This document shows positions 9,627 through 19,912 of a stretch of DNA of 64,000 nt, one piece after another. The position numbers and the translations under genes were made by a program. The stretch covers positions 71,272 to 135,271 of the forward strand of contig JAFUIQ010000032.1 of the NCBI GenBank assembly GCA_017468385.1. Reading direction: 5' to 3'. Source of the stretch: Clostridia bacterium. GTDB lineage: Bacteria > Bacillota > Clostridia > Oscillospirales > CAG-272. The notes beneath the pieces were generated by a model. The model ran no database searches, was not told the DNA's origin, and saw only the letters and a program-made list of their open reading frames with translations. Each line of letters starts with the position of its first letter. The first letter of the stretch is position 1.

Positions 9627-12600
9627 TCAGCGGCAAATCACCGCGTCCTCTCCCAGAATACAGCGCAGTTCCCGCAGAACGAAATCGTTCAGTTCCACGC
9701 CGTACCCGTCCGCGCGAAAATATTTGCCGGCAGATGCGTCATAGAACACCACGGGGAAAGATCCGGGGAATATTTCAATAAAACTTTCCGCTCGTTTGTA
9801 CTGCTCGCTGTCCATGCTCTCCACTTTCAAATACAGCTTAGCCGGTGACTTCTTCTCCTCCTTCGTTGGCGCAGAGGGGGATTTCAGCGGCACAAACGAT
9901 GCGTTATCGCTGAGCAATTTGGCACTCCGAAGCAGGATTTTGGGCTCCTCTTCTTCCCGCAGAGAGATGGTTCCGCTGATGGCTACCGCCTCATTCAGAA
10001 GGAGAGCAGTCCCAAAGGCTTCCAGTGATTTGGCGAACACGATCACCTCGATTTCGCCGGTGCGGTCCTCCACCGTAAGAAAGGCCATCTGTTCCCCGCC
10101 CCGGGTGGCCTTATTCTGGCGGCGGGCAATGATGCCGGCGATCTTCACGGGCTGTTTATCGGCGTACTGCTTTCCGCCGCCGGCGGGAACTTCCTCCTCC
10201 ATCTCATCGGAGGCAAAGGATGCTTTGATCGACGCGATGGAATCCGGCTGAATCTGTTCCACATGGCGGGAGTAGTCGTCCAGGATATGGCCGGAGAAGT
10301 AGAGGCCTGAGCTGTCCTTTTCCAGCGCCAAGAGCTCCCTTGCGCTGTATTCGGGAATATCCGGCAAGGAGATGGCGGGGATGGCGGGGCCATCCTCCAC
10401 AGCCGCGGGGGTGGAAAACAGATCCAGCTGACCGGCCACGCTTTGCCGATTGGCCGCGGAGCGGGCATCCAGCACGGTTTCGTACACGGTAAGCAACTGA
10501 CTGCGTTTCGCTCCCAGACCATCCAGCGCGCCGGATTTGATCAGCATTTCCAACTGACGTTTGTTGCTGATCGTGTCGCCCATGCGGTGCATGAAATCGT
10601 CAAAGGAGGCGAATTTGCCGCCGCGCTTCCGCTCCGCCAGCAGGGATTCCACAAAGGGACGTCCCAGATTTTTGAGAGCCAGCAGACCGAAGCGGATATT
10701 CTTTCCGTCCACATGGAAATCCCGATCGCTCTCGTTGACGTGGGGCGGCAGGATTTTGATTCCCACCCGGGCACACTCGGCGATATACTCCGCCATTTTA
10801 TCGGCGGAGCCGAGGACAGAAGTGAGAAGCGCGCTGTTGTATTCACGGGGATAATGGGCCTTCAGATAGGCAGTGCGGTACGACAGCACACCGTAGGCCG
10901 CCGCATGGCTTTTATTGAAAGCGTAATTGGCAAATCCCACGATCTCCTCGAAGAGATCGGCGGCCGCACTTTCCGCAATGCCTCGCTCTGCCGCGCCGGC
11001 AAGGAAGGAAGCACGCTCGCTTTCCAAAACAGACAGTTTCTTTTTGGAGATAGCGCGGCGGACGATGTCCGCCCGTCCCAGAGAATAACCCGCCACCACG
11101 CGGAAGATCTGCATAACCTGTTCCTGATAGACGATGCATCCGTTGGTCACATCCAGAATCGGTGCCAACAGGGGGGTGGCGTAGCGGATGCGGGAGCGGT
11201 CACGGCTGTTCTCGATATATTTGGGAATAGAATCCATGGGGCCGGGACGGTACAGCGCGATGGCCGCGATAATGTCATCGATCCGCTCCGGCTTCATCTG
11301 CATCAGCGTTTGCCGCATACCGCCAGACTCCAATTGGAATACACCTTCCGTTCTGCCCGCCGTGATCAGATCGAAGGTACGGCGATCATCCACGGGAATG
11401 GCGGAAATATCGAAGACGGGATCCTTCTCCCGGATCTGCTCCTCCGCCTGCGAGATGATCGTCAGGTAGCGAAGCGCCAGAAAGTCAAATTTCAAAAGGC
11501 CCAGATCGGCCACCGTGTTCATATCGAACTGGGTGACCGGAATGGTACTGTTGACGGCAAGAGGAACGTATTCACTGATCGGCCTCTCGGTAATGACCAC
11601 GCCGGCGGCATGGGTGGACGCATGGCGGGGCATGCCCTCCAGCGCCATGGCGGTATCCACCAGGCGGCGCACATCGGGATCCTCATCATACATTTTTTTG
11701 AGGCCGTCCATCTTCAAGGCATCCGCCAGAGTGATCCCCAAGGTGCGGGGAATCTGGCGGGCCACTTCGTCCACATCCGCATAGCTCATGCCGAGGGCCC
11801 GTCCCACGTCCCGGATGACGGCACGGGCGGCCATGGTACCGAATGTGATGATCTGGGCGGTATGATCCGCGCCGTATTTATCCCGCACGTAGGCGATGGC
11901 CTCATCCCGTCGGTCATAGCAAAAGTCGATATCGAAGTCGGGCATGCTAACCCGCTCGGGATTCAGAAAACGCTCAAAGAGCAAGTCAAACCGCAGGGGG
12001 TCGATATCCGTGATTCCCAATAGATACGCCACAAGACTGCCCGCACCCGATCCGCGTCCGGGGCCCACGGGGATGCCCGCGGATTTGGAATGGCGGACAA
12101 AATCCCACACGATCAAATAATACTCGCTGTATCCCATCCGGGCAATGACGGACAATTCGTACTCGATGCGTTCCCGATACTGGGATTCTTCCCTTCCCGC
12201 CGTAAAGACGATATGGCCGGCCGCCACACGGGATGCCAGGCCTTCCCACGCCAGGCGGGCCAGGTACTCGGAGGGATCCGATCCGTCCTCGGGCCGGAAA
12301 CGGGGGAGCTGTGTCTCGCCGAATGTGAAATGGAAATCGCACATATCGGCGATTTTGGCTGTATTCGCAATGGCACCGGGATACGCGTCGAAAAGCCGCT
12401 CCATCTCCGCGGTGGATTTCATATAGAACTCATCGGTTTCAAAGCCGATGGGGCGCCCGTCGGTGATCACGTTGTTGGTCTGGATGCACATGAGGATCGC
12501 CTGGGACTCCGCGTCGCCCCGGCGCAGGTAATGGACATCGTTAGTGGCCACCAGAGGGATACCCGTCTTTTCGGATATGTCCAGAATCGCCCGGTTCACC

Positions 12601-13154
12601 GTTTTCTGCTCTTCCAGGCCGTGATCCTGTATTTCCAGATAAAAATGATCCTCCCCGAAGATGGCACGCATCTCCCGGGCATATTTTTCCGCCTCCTCGT
12701 ATTCCCCGCGGACGATGTGCCGGGGGATATAGCCGGCCAGGCAGGCGGACAAGGCGATCAGCCCCTCGTGGTGCTGCCGGAGCAGTTCCATATCCACGCG
12801 GGGTTTGGAATAAAAGCCTTCCGTGAAGGCCAGGGACACCATGCGGATCAGATTGCGGTATCCCGTTTCGTTCTCGCAAAGGAGAACCAGATGATAACTG
12901 GAGGAATCCAGATCGTGTACTTTGTCAAACCGGCTGCGTTTGGCCACATAGACCTCGCATCCGATGATGGGCTTTACGCCCTCTTTTACGCAAGCTTTAT
13001 AGAACTCTACCACGCCGTACATGACGCCGTGATCGGTGATGGCGACAGCGTCCTGCCCCATCTCCTTGGCACGGCGGGGAATATCCGCCACGCGGCATGC
13101 GCCGTCCAGCAAACTGTACTCACTGTGCAGATGCAGATGTGCAAAGCGTTCCAT
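9627..13154 (-). CDS. dnaE: DNA polymerase III alpha subunit
   Basis: 1175 aa with an N-terminal PHP domain (HLHLHSEYSLLDG), the pol III alpha core and a C-terminal OB region. AGGAGG RBS. Confidence 0.95.
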   Translation of the reverse strand: MERFAHLHLHSEYSLLDGACRVADIPRRAKEMGQDAVAITDHGVMYGVVEFYKACVKEGVKPIIGCEVYVAKRSRFDKVHDLDSSSYHLVLLCENETGYRNLIRMVSLAFTEGFYSKPRVDMELLRQHHEGLIALSACLAGYIPRHIVRGEYEEAEKYAREMRAIFGEDHFYLEIQDHGLEEQKTVNRAILDISEKTGIPLVATNDVHYLRRGDAESQAILMCIQTNNVITDGRPIGFETDEFYMKSTAEMERLFDAYPGAIANTAKIADMCDFHFTFGETQLPRFRPEDGSDPSEYLARLAWEGLASRVAAGHIVFTAGREESQYRERIEYELSVIARMGYSEYYLIVWDFVRHSKSAGIPVGPGRGSGAGSLVAYLLGITDIDPLRFDLLFERFLNPERVSMPDFDIDFCYDRRDEAIAYVRDKYGADHTAQIITFGTMAARAVIRDVGRALGMSYADVDEVARQIPRTLGITLADALKMDGLKKMYDEDPDVRRLVDTAMALEGMPRHASTHAAGVVITERPISEYVPLAVNSTIPVTQFDMNTVADLGLLKFDFLALRYLTIISQAEEQIREKDPVFDISAIPVDDRRTFDLITAGRTEGVFQLESGGMRQTLMQMKPERIDDIIAAIALYRPGPMDSIPKYIENSRDRSRIRYATPLLAPILDVTNGCIVYQEQVMQIFRVVAGYSLGRADIVRRAISKKKLSVLESERASFLAGAAERGIAESAAADLFEEIVGFANYAFNKSHAAAYGVLSYRTAYLKAHYPREYNSALLTSVLGSADKMAEYIAECARVGIKILPPHVNESDRDFHVDGKNIRFGLLALKNLGRPFVESLLAERKRGGKFASFDDFMHRMGDTISNKRQLEMLIKSGALDGLGAKRSQLLTVYETVLDARSAANRQSVAGQLDLFSTPAAVEDGPAIPAISLPDIPEYSARELLALEKDSSGLYFSGHILDDYSRHVEQIQPDSIASIKASFASDEMEEEVPAGGGKQYADKQPVKIAGIIARRQNKATRGGEQMAFLTVEDRTGEIEVIVFAKSLEAFGTALLLNEAVAISGTISLREEEEPKILLRSAKLLSDNASFVPLKSPSAPTKEEKKSPAKLYLKVESMDSEQYKRAESFIEIFPGSFPVVFYDASAGKYFRADGYGVELNDFVLRELRCILGEDAVICR

Positions 13155-13168
13155 AAGAGCCTCCTTTT

Positions 13169-13909
13169 TTAGTCTTCCATTCCCGCGGCGCGGGCAAAAT
13201 CCATAATTTTGGCCAGCCGGTGGCTGACGCCGGATTTGGTGATGGGCGGCTCATGAGCCTCGCCCAGCTCCTTCATGGACATCTGATCGAATTTCACCCG
13301 CAACTCCGCCGTTATCTTCAAGGAATCCGGCAGGGTCTGGATGAGCCCGCTTTCCGCCATGCGGCGGATCACCTGGATCTGCCGCTCCGACGCCTGCAAC
13401 GCCTTCTCGATATTGGCGGTATCACAGTTCACCTGCCGATTGACATTGTTGCGGAATTCCCGCTCGATGCGGGTATTCATAAAGTCAAACACGGCGGTGT
13501 TGGCACCGATATAGGCGAAGAAATCCGAGATGCTTTCCCCGTCCTTGATATACAGAATGTACTTATTTTTGCGCACAGTCTGTGCCGCCGTAAATCCCAC
13601 CGAAGCCATCAGCGACGCGATGGCATCGCATTCCACCGCCGTATCCACGGCAAACTCCATATGATTCCGCTTCGTCGGATCGGTGACCGATCCGTGGAGC
13701 AGAAACAGAGCGCGGATAAAGTGAGACATACAATTCGGGCATTTGACACGGGATTGGTAGGCGGCGATTTCCTCCGCCCGCTGCTCCGGGGGCAGCGGCC
13801 CCTCGTACAAGTCGCGGGCATCCCGCAGAGCGTGGACACAGCACTTCTTTTTGACGGGAAGCGCGTCCAACGATTCCCGCAGTTTTTGTGCATAGGATTT
13901 TTCCGACAT
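13169..13909 (-). CDS. whiA: DNA-binding protein WhiA (short form)
   Basis: Conserved WhiA blocks are present (NRQVNCDTANIEKAL, C-terminal HTH SKSGVSHRLAKI). ATG 13909 was chosen because the ORF-track start at 13939 overlaps the rapZ stop. Lies in the conserved rapZ-whiA neighbourhood. Confidence 0.85.
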   Translation of the reverse strand: MSEKSYAQKLRESLDALPVKKKCCVHALRDARDLYEGPLPPEQRAEEIAAYQSRVKCPNCMSHFIRALFLLHGSVTDPTKRNHMEFAVDTAVECDAIASLMASVGFTAAQTVRKNKYILYIKDGESISDFFAYIGANTAVFDFMNTRIEREFRNNVNRQVNCDTANIEKALQASERQIQVIRRMAESGLIQTLPDSLKITAELRVKFDQMSMKELGEAHEPPITKSGVSHRLAKIMDFARAAGMED

Positions 13910-13916
13910 AGTATTT

Positions 13917-14792
13917 TTACACAGTAGAACCGTTGGCACCGTCCATATTCCGATGGATCACCACGGAATTGTATCCGTTCTCCTGGAAAATGGTATTCAG
14001 CCGATCGGCGATGGCCACGGAGCGATGCTGACCGCCCGTGCATCCCACAGCCACGGTAAACTGTTTCTTTCCTTCTTTTTCATACAGCGGAAGCATAAAC
14101 AGAAAGTACTCCCGCAGGCGTTCTATGTACTGATGGGTTTCCGGGAAGGAGAACACGTAGGCGTTCACATCCGGGTGGAGTCCGTTCTTCTCCCGCATGC
14201 CCTCCACATGATAGGGATTGGGGAAACAGCGCACATCAAACACCGTATCCGCCTCAGGCGGGATACCGTATTTGAAGCCGAAGGACATACAGCAGATATA
14301 GATGCCATTATGAGCTTCGCCCACAAGAGCGTGCTCCAGCAGCTGCTTCAGTTGGGCGGGGGTGATATCCGAGGTATCGATGCGCACATCGGCACACTCA
14401 TAGGCATCCCGCAGCATCTGCCGCTCCCGGACCAGCGCGTCGCCCATGCTTGTCCCATAGCGGATCGCCAGCGGATGCATCCGCCGGGTAAACTTATACC
14501 GGTTGATCAACACGTCATCCCGACAGTCCAGATACACAACGCGGCAGGTATCCCCCGCCCGGCGGAGGGATTTGGCCAGCGGGGCCAGCTCACGAAAATC
14601 CGTGGTGCACCGGGCATCGGTAACGATGGCCAGCTTATCCCCTGCGGTGGAATTCTTCCGATGCATATCCACCAGCACGCCGATCATATTGAGGGGGATA
14701 TTGTCCACGCAGGTATATCCCCAGTCTTCCAGAATATTGGCCGCCCGGGATTTTCCCGCACCCGAGCATCCTGTCAGAAGAACAATGTTCAT
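13917..14792 (-). CDS. rapZ: RNase adapter protein RapZ (YvcJ-type P-loop NTPase)
   Basis: Walker A GCSGAGKS at the N-terminus, 291 aa, with conserved synteny to whiA. Confidence 0.9.
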   Translation of the reverse strand: MNIVLLTGCSGAGKSRAANILEDWGYTCVDNIPLNMIGVLVDMHRKNSTAGDKLAIVTDARCTTDFRELAPLAKSLRRAGDTCRVVYLDCRDDVLINRYKFTRRMHPLAIRYGTSMGDALVRERQMLRDAYECADVRIDTSDITPAQLKQLLEHALVGEAHNGIYICCMSFGFKYGIPPEADTVFDVRCFPNPYHVEGMREKNGLHPDVNAYVFSFPETHQYIERLREYFLFMLPLYEKEGKKQFTVAVGCTGGQHRSVAIADRLNTIFQENGYNSVVIHRNMDGANGSTV

Positions 14793-14807
14793 AGCTGTCT
14801 CCCTGTT

Positions 14808-15746
14808 TTATACTTCCCGTCCTGTCGGCGGCACATACACAATCTCCGGCCGGATATCCACGCCGAAGCGATTTTTCAGTTCACATTGAATATGGGCGAT
14901 CAGTGCGCGCACGTCCGCCGACGTGGCACCGCCCCGATTGATAATGAATCCCGCGTGCTTTTCGGACACCTGCGCCCCGCCGACGGTGAAGCCCTTCAGC
15001 CCCGCCTGATCGATCATCTGGGCGGTAAACCGGCCCTCGCACCGTTTGAAGGCACTGCCCGCACTGGGATATTCCAGCGGCTGTTTCTCCGTGCGTCGGC
15101 TCATCAGATCGTCCATAACGGCACGGATTTCTTCTTTATTCCCGTCACGCAATGCAAAAGCGGCAGACAAAACAACGCGCTCGGGATGATGACGGTAAGC
15201 GCTGTCGCGGTACGCGAATGCGTGGTCCTCCGCCGACAGCGTTTTAATCGAGTGATCCTGTCCGTCGTAATAGGTACTCTCCGTGAGAATCTGGCAGATC
15301 TCCCCGCCATAGGCACCTGCGTTCATAAACACGGCACCGCCCACACTGCCGGGGATGCCGAAGGAGAATTCCATACCGGTCAATCCCTGCTCCCACGCGG
15401 CATTGGCACAGGCGCTAAGGGATGCGCCTGCCCCTGCATACAGGATATTGCCCTCACAGCGAACCGTGCGCAGACGTCCTGTGGAGATCACCGCACCGCG
15501 GAACCCCGCATCGTCAAAGAGAAGATTGCTTCCCCGTCCGATGACGATGGTACGGATATCCCGCTTGGCCGCTTCCGCCATAACAAAGCAGAACGCGTCC
15601 TCGGTGGCCGGCTCGATATACACATCCGCCGGGCCGCCGATGCGGAAGGTGGTGTGGTCGCGGAGGGGTTCCTTCTCCGCGAGGAAAATCTCCCCGTGGG
15701 GATATCCGCGCAGGGCGTGTATCAATTCCATAATCATATCACTCAT
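14808..15746 (-). CDS. murB: UDP-N-acetylenolpyruvoylglucosamine reductase
   Basis: FAD-binding PCMH domain (TTFRIGGPADVYIEP) and a MurB C-terminal region (SAGSAFK, GGAQVSEKHAGFIIN). The start was trimmed to ATG 15746, which has AGGAG 6 nt upstream. Confidence 0.9.
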   Translation of the reverse strand: MSDMIMELIHALRGYPHGEIFLAEKEPLRDHTTFRIGGPADVYIEPATEDAFCFVMAEAAKRDIRTIVIGRGSNLLFDDAGFRGAVISTGRLRTVRCEGNILYAGAGASLSACANAAWEQGLTGMEFSFGIPGSVGGAVFMNAGAYGGEICQILTESTYYDGQDHSIKTLSAEDHAFAYRDSAYRHHPERVVLSAAFALRDGNKEEIRAVMDDLMSRRTEKQPLEYPSAGSAFKRCEGRFTAQMIDQAGLKGFTVGGAQVSEKHAGFIINRGGATSADVRALIAHIQCELKNRFGVDIRPEIVYVPPTGREV

Positions 15747-16458
15747 GCTCGTCTCCTTGCCCGACATCCGAAAGATACGCCGGCAGCTGCCGTATATCCT
15801 GCAGTATATGCGTGATGGCCCGTCCCTGTGCATCTCCCGTGCCGCGGTGATCCAGCCAGATGGCATCCATCCCGGCGGCAAGGGCACCGTCCATATCCGA
15901 AGACAGAGAGTCCCCGATGACGCAATAGGCCGACCGATCCTCATCCCCCACGGATTTTACCACGTGATCAAAGAACACCGGGGAAGGTTTGGCGGCGCCG
16001 ATATGCTCCGATACAAAGATGTCATCGAAATACTTCTCCAAAGGAGAGCCGAAAAAGCGTCCCTTCTGTACCTCATAGGTGCCGTTGGTAACGATATACA
16101 TCTTATAGCGAGGGCGCAGGATTCGGCACACGTCCTCCGCGCCGTCCATCATAAACTGCTGGCGGGAAAGTTCGGTGAAATACCGGTCACTGACCTCCCG
16201 GCTCTTGCCGTCGTCCGGGATACCAAGCCGATGAAACAGCATCTCATAGCGCAGATCTTTCAGTCTTTCCCGGGACAATTCACCCTTTTCCAGGCGTTTC
16301 CACAATCCGGCATTGATCTCATGATACAGCTTATAGACATGATCGTCCGCCACAAGGTCGGACGCGGAGAATGCGGCGTAAAACGCCGTCTCCTCCGCGC
16401 GATCAAAATCCATCAGTGTATTATCGAGATCAAAGAGTAAATACGTGTACTCTCTCAT
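15739..16458 (-). CDS. HAD-superfamily hydrolase (YjjG-like subfamily IA)
   Basis: Motif I is DxDxT (LFDLDNTL). Motif II is VTNG. Motif IV is GDSLSSD. Confidence 0.8.
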   Translation of the reverse strand: MREYTYLLFDLDNTLMDFDRAEETAFYAAFSASDLVADDHVYKLYHEINAGLWKRLEKGELSRERLKDLRYEMLFHRLGIPDDGKSREVSDRYFTELSRQQFMMDGAEDVCRILRPRYKMYIVTNGTYEVQKGRFFGSPLEKYFDDIFVSEHIGAAKPSPVFFDHVVKSVGDEDRSAYCVIGDSLSSDMDGALAAGMDAIWLDHRGTGDAQGRAITHILQDIRQLPAYLSDVGQGDEHE

Positions 16459-17678
16459 TACCGGATGCAGAAGCGGCGGTAGGTCTTCTTACCTTTTCGA
16501 ACGATGATGCCGTCACCCGTCAGAGCAGCCGCATCCACCGTTTCGTCGATGGCCTCTACCTTGGCATCGTTCACAAGCACACCGCCCTGCTGGATGAGAC
16601 GTCTTGCCTCACCCTTGGAGGGGGCCATCTTGCTGATTACCAGCAGATCCAGCACAGCAATCTTGCCGTCGGTGAGATCGCTTTCGCTCAACTCGGTGGT
16701 GGGCATATCTGCGCTCATGCCGCCGGCGGCAAAGATCTTGTGGGCGGCATCCTGTGCCTTATCGGCTTCTTCCGTGCCATGGATCAGAGCAGTCACTTCA
16801 TAGGCCAGCTTCTCCTTGGCGCGATTCAGTTCACTGCCCTCCAGCTTTTCGTACTCGGCGATCTCCTCCAGGGGCATGAAGGTGAGCAGTTTCATGCAGT
16901 TGATGACATCTGCGTCGGCGATGTTGCGCCAGTACTGATAGAAATCGTAGGGAGAGGTCTTCTCGGGATCCAGCCACAGAGCACCCTTCTCCGTTTTACC
17001 CATCTTCTTGCCTTCGCTGGTAAGCAGGAGCTTGAAGGTCAGGCCGTATACTTCCTTGCCGGTCTTACGGCGGATCAGTTCTACGCCGCCGATGATGTTG
17101 GACCACTGATCGTCGCCGCCGAACTCCAGCGAGCAGCCGTAATCCTGGTACAGGCGGTAGAAGTCGTAGCTCTGCATGGTCATGTAGTTGAACTCCAGGA
17201 AGGTCAGACCGGTATCCAGACGGGACTTGTAGCACTCGGCCGCCAGCATACGGCTGATGGTGAAGTAGGGGCCAACCTCGCGGAGGTACTCGATGTAATT
17301 CTTGTTCATGAGCCAGTCGGCGTTGTTAACGAAGGTAACCTTATCGGGATCCAGCAGCTTGGACATCTGCTTCTTGAAGCACTCGATGTTGTGGGCAATG
17401 GTCTCCTCGGTCAGCATTTTACGCATATCGCTCTTGCCGGAGGGGTCACCGATCATACCGGTACCGCCGCCGAACAGGGCGATGGGATGATGGCCTGCCC
17501 GCAGCATATGAGCCATAATCTTCAGCTGGATAAAGTGACCGATGTGAAGGCTGTCCGCCGTCGGGTCAAATCCGATATAGAACGTCATGGGCTCGCCGGC
17601 AAACCGCTTGGCAACTTCTTCCTCGTTGGTGCACTGGGCAATCATGCCTCTGGCTTTGAATTCCTCAAAAAGATTCAT
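16458..17678 (-). CDS. tyrS: Tyrosine--tRNA ligase
   Basis: HIGH motif (SLHIGH), KMSKS-type loop (KMGKT) and a C-terminal S4-like domain. The start was trimmed to ATG 17678 (MNLFEEF). Confidence 0.93.
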   Translation of the reverse strand: MNLFEEFKARGMIAQCTNEEEVAKRFAGEPMTFYIGFDPTADSLHIGHFIQLKIMAHMLRAGHHPIALFGGGTGMIGDPSGKSDMRKMLTEETIAHNIECFKKQMSKLLDPDKVTFVNNADWLMNKNYIEYLREVGPYFTISRMLAAECYKSRLDTGLTFLEFNYMTMQSYDFYRLYQDYGCSLEFGGDDQWSNIIGGVELIRRKTGKEVYGLTFKLLLTSEGKKMGKTEKGALWLDPEKTSPYDFYQYWRNIADADVINCMKLLTFMPLEEIAEYEKLEGSELNRAKEKLAYEVTALIHGTEEADKAQDAAHKIFAAGGMSADMPTTELSESDLTDGKIAVLDLLVISKMAPSKGEARRLIQQGGVLVNDAKVEAIDETVDAAALTGDGIIVRKGKKTYRRFCIR

Positions 17679-17726
17679 AATAACTATTCCTTTCAAACTG
17701 GTAAACATATCTCCGCTGTGCGGATG

Positions 17727-19415
17727 TTATTGATTGTTTTCGATCATTTCCCGGGCGGCATCCCGCTGGGTATCGGTGACGGACACACCGCCGATGATCC
17801 GGGCGATCTCGCTGACGCGGCCGTTTTCGTCCAATTCCTCAATCTCGCTCTCCGCCCGTCCGTCCACGACTTTTTTGCGGATGCGCAGATGGGTATCCGC
17901 CAGAGCGGCGATCTGCGGCGAGTGGGTAATGCACAACGTCTGCGTCCCACAGGACATTTCCTTCAATTTGATGCCGATCTTCTCCGATGTACCGCCGGAC
18001 ACACCCGCATCGATTTCATCGAACACCACGGTGTTGGCACCGCTTTTGGTATTCATCACGCTGCGCAGGGCCAGCATCACCCGGGACATCTCGCCGCCGG
18101 AGGCAATCTTGGCCAGCGGCATGGGCGGCTCGCCGGGATTGGTGGCAATCATGAAGGTTACATCGTCCGAGCCGCAGGGGCCGAACAGCTCCTCACCGCC
18201 GGCATAGACTTTTTGTATATCCACAAGGAATCGTACCTTGGGCATATCCAGATAGGACAGCGTATCGCACACGCTTCGGCTGATCACTTCCGCCGCCGTT
18301 CGGCGGGCCTGGGTGATCTCGGCCGCACTCCGGCTCAGGCGAAGGCGCACATCGCGGATACGATCCTCGATCTCGCTCAGTTTTTCGTCGCCCGATTCCA
18401 GATCCGCCAACTTCTCCCCGGCCTCCCGGCGGAAAGCCAGGATATCCGAGATGGTATTGCCGTATTTCCGTTTCAGACGCTCGATGAGGCTCAGTCTTGC
18501 CTCAATCTGATTCAGCTGTTTTTCGGGATCCCGCACGTCTCCGTCATCCAGCAGTGCCCGTGCGCTCTCGCCGATATCCTCGATTTCGTATCGGTAGTTG
18601 TCCAACCGGGCGGCCAGCTCCTCCGCTTCGGGCATCACGTCCGCCAGCTGGCGGAGCGCCGCGGAGGATTTCTGCAGAAGCACCGAGGCAGTGGCTCCCT
18701 TTTCGCTCTGGGTCAAAGCACGGTAGACGAAGGAGGAATACTTGGCGATGCGCTCGATGTTCTTGATCTTCGCCCGGGCGGCCGTCAATTTTTCATCCTC
18801 GTCCGGCGCGGACAGCCGGGCGGCATCGATTTCCTTGATCTGGTACTTCAGGATATCCGTCAGCATATTTTTCTGCTGGAGGGATTCTCTGAGTGCCTGT
18901 GCCGACGCGGTCAACTCCTGCCATTCCCCGTAGGGGACTGCGTATTCCCGGAGCAGATTTTCCGTGCCCGCGTACTCGTCCAGCATGTCCAGATGGAAGG
19001 ATTTATCCAGCAGATTGCGGGTTTCGCTCTGGGATTGGATGCTGACGAGGGACGCCCCCAATTCTTTCAGCACGGACAGCGGCACACTCCGCCGATTGAT
19101 TTTCACAGCGGACCGGCCGTCCGGCGTGAGGGTACGGCAGATTTCCAACTCTCCGTTTTCGTCCGCCTCAATCCCCGCGTCCCGCAGAGAGTCCGGCAGT
19201 ACCACATCGGAAAACACCGCGGACACCACAGCCCGCTCAGCACCTGTCCGGATCATTTCCCGTTGGGATTTTCCGCCCGTGATCAGGGCCAGGCAATCGA
19301 TCATCACCGATTTGCCCGCACCGGTTTCACCGGTAATCACCGTGAAGCCGGGGGAAAGATCCACATTGAGCTGTCTGGCGACGGCAATATTTTCAATATA
19401 TAACGATCGCAGCAT
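17727..19415 (-). CDS. recN: DNA repair protein RecN
   Basis: SMC-like ATPase with Walker A GETGAGKS, long coiled-coil regions and a C-terminal signature/Walker B (VVFDEIDAG). ATG 19415 has GGTGG 5 nt upstream. Confidence 0.93.
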   Translation of the reverse strand: MLRSLYIENIAVARQLNVDLSPGFTVITGETGAGKSVMIDCLALITGGKSQREMIRTGAERAVVSAVFSDVVLPDSLRDAGIEADENGELEICRTLTPDGRSAVKINRRSVPLSVLKELGASLVSIQSQSETRNLLDKSFHLDMLDEYAGTENLLREYAVPYGEWQELTASAQALRESLQQKNMLTDILKYQIKEIDAARLSAPDEDEKLTAARAKIKNIERIAKYSSFVYRALTQSEKGATASVLLQKSSAALRQLADVMPEAEELAARLDNYRYEIEDIGESARALLDDGDVRDPEKQLNQIEARLSLIERLKRKYGNTISDILAFRREAGEKLADLESGDEKLSEIEDRIRDVRLRLSRSAAEITQARRTAAEVISRSVCDTLSYLDMPKVRFLVDIQKVYAGGEELFGPCGSDDVTFMIATNPGEPPMPLAKIASGGEMSRVMLALRSVMNTKSGANTVVFDEIDAGVSGGTSEKIGIKLKEMSCGTQTLCITHSPQIAALADTHLRIRKKVVDGRAESEIEELDENGRVSEIARIIGGVSVTDTQRDAAREMIENNQ

Positions 19416-19426
19416 AGAGGCCACCG

Positions 19427-19879
19427 TTATTCGTTGGCGATCTTACGGAGGCGTTTGCACAGATTCAAGGCGCTTTCCGTACTGTGGGCAATCAGGATGA
19501 TGGTATCATCGCCGGCCACACAGCCCAGGATATCGTGCTCATGGAGTGAATCGATGCCTGCGGCCACGGCATTGGCCAGGCCGGGATAGGTTTTGATCAC
19601 GATGTCGTTCAAAGCACAGTCCACGCTTTTGATACTGCCGACCAGTGCCTTGCTGTACACGTGTCTGCCGTCGTTTTCCCCGGATTTGGGCAGGACGTAT
19701 TTATAACTGCCCGTCTCGCACATGACCTTGGCCAACTTCAATTCCCGTATATCGCGGGAGATGGTTGCCTGAGTCACATCAAATCCGGCCGCGCGCAGCT
19801 TATCGATCAGTTCCTCCTGGGTTTCGATATTGCAGCTGCCGATGATCTCCATAATTTTGTTATGACGCTTTACTTTCAT
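19427..19879 (-). CDS. argR: Arginine repressor
   Basis: N-terminal wHTH (QATISRDIRELKL) and C-terminal hexamerisation/arginine-binding motif (GCVAGDDTIIL). ATG 19879 has AGGAGG 5 nt upstream. Confidence 0.9.
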   Translation of the reverse strand: MKVKRHNKIMEIIGSCNIETQEELIDKLRAAGFDVTQATISRDIRELKLAKVMCETGSYKYVLPKSGENDGRHVYSKALVGSIKSVDCALNDIVIKTYPGLANAVAAGIDSLHEHDILGCVAGDDTIILIAHSTESALNLCKRLRKIANE

Positions 19880-19912
19880 TATGTCCTCCTGCTTGTGTGA
19901 CAACACATGGAT

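Noticed and set aside
17679-17726. Possible T-box leader upstream of tyrS.
   Set aside because: Only 48 bp separate the recN stop from the tyrS start. That is far too short for a T-box riboswitch of roughly 200-300 nt, and no T-box sequence is visible.
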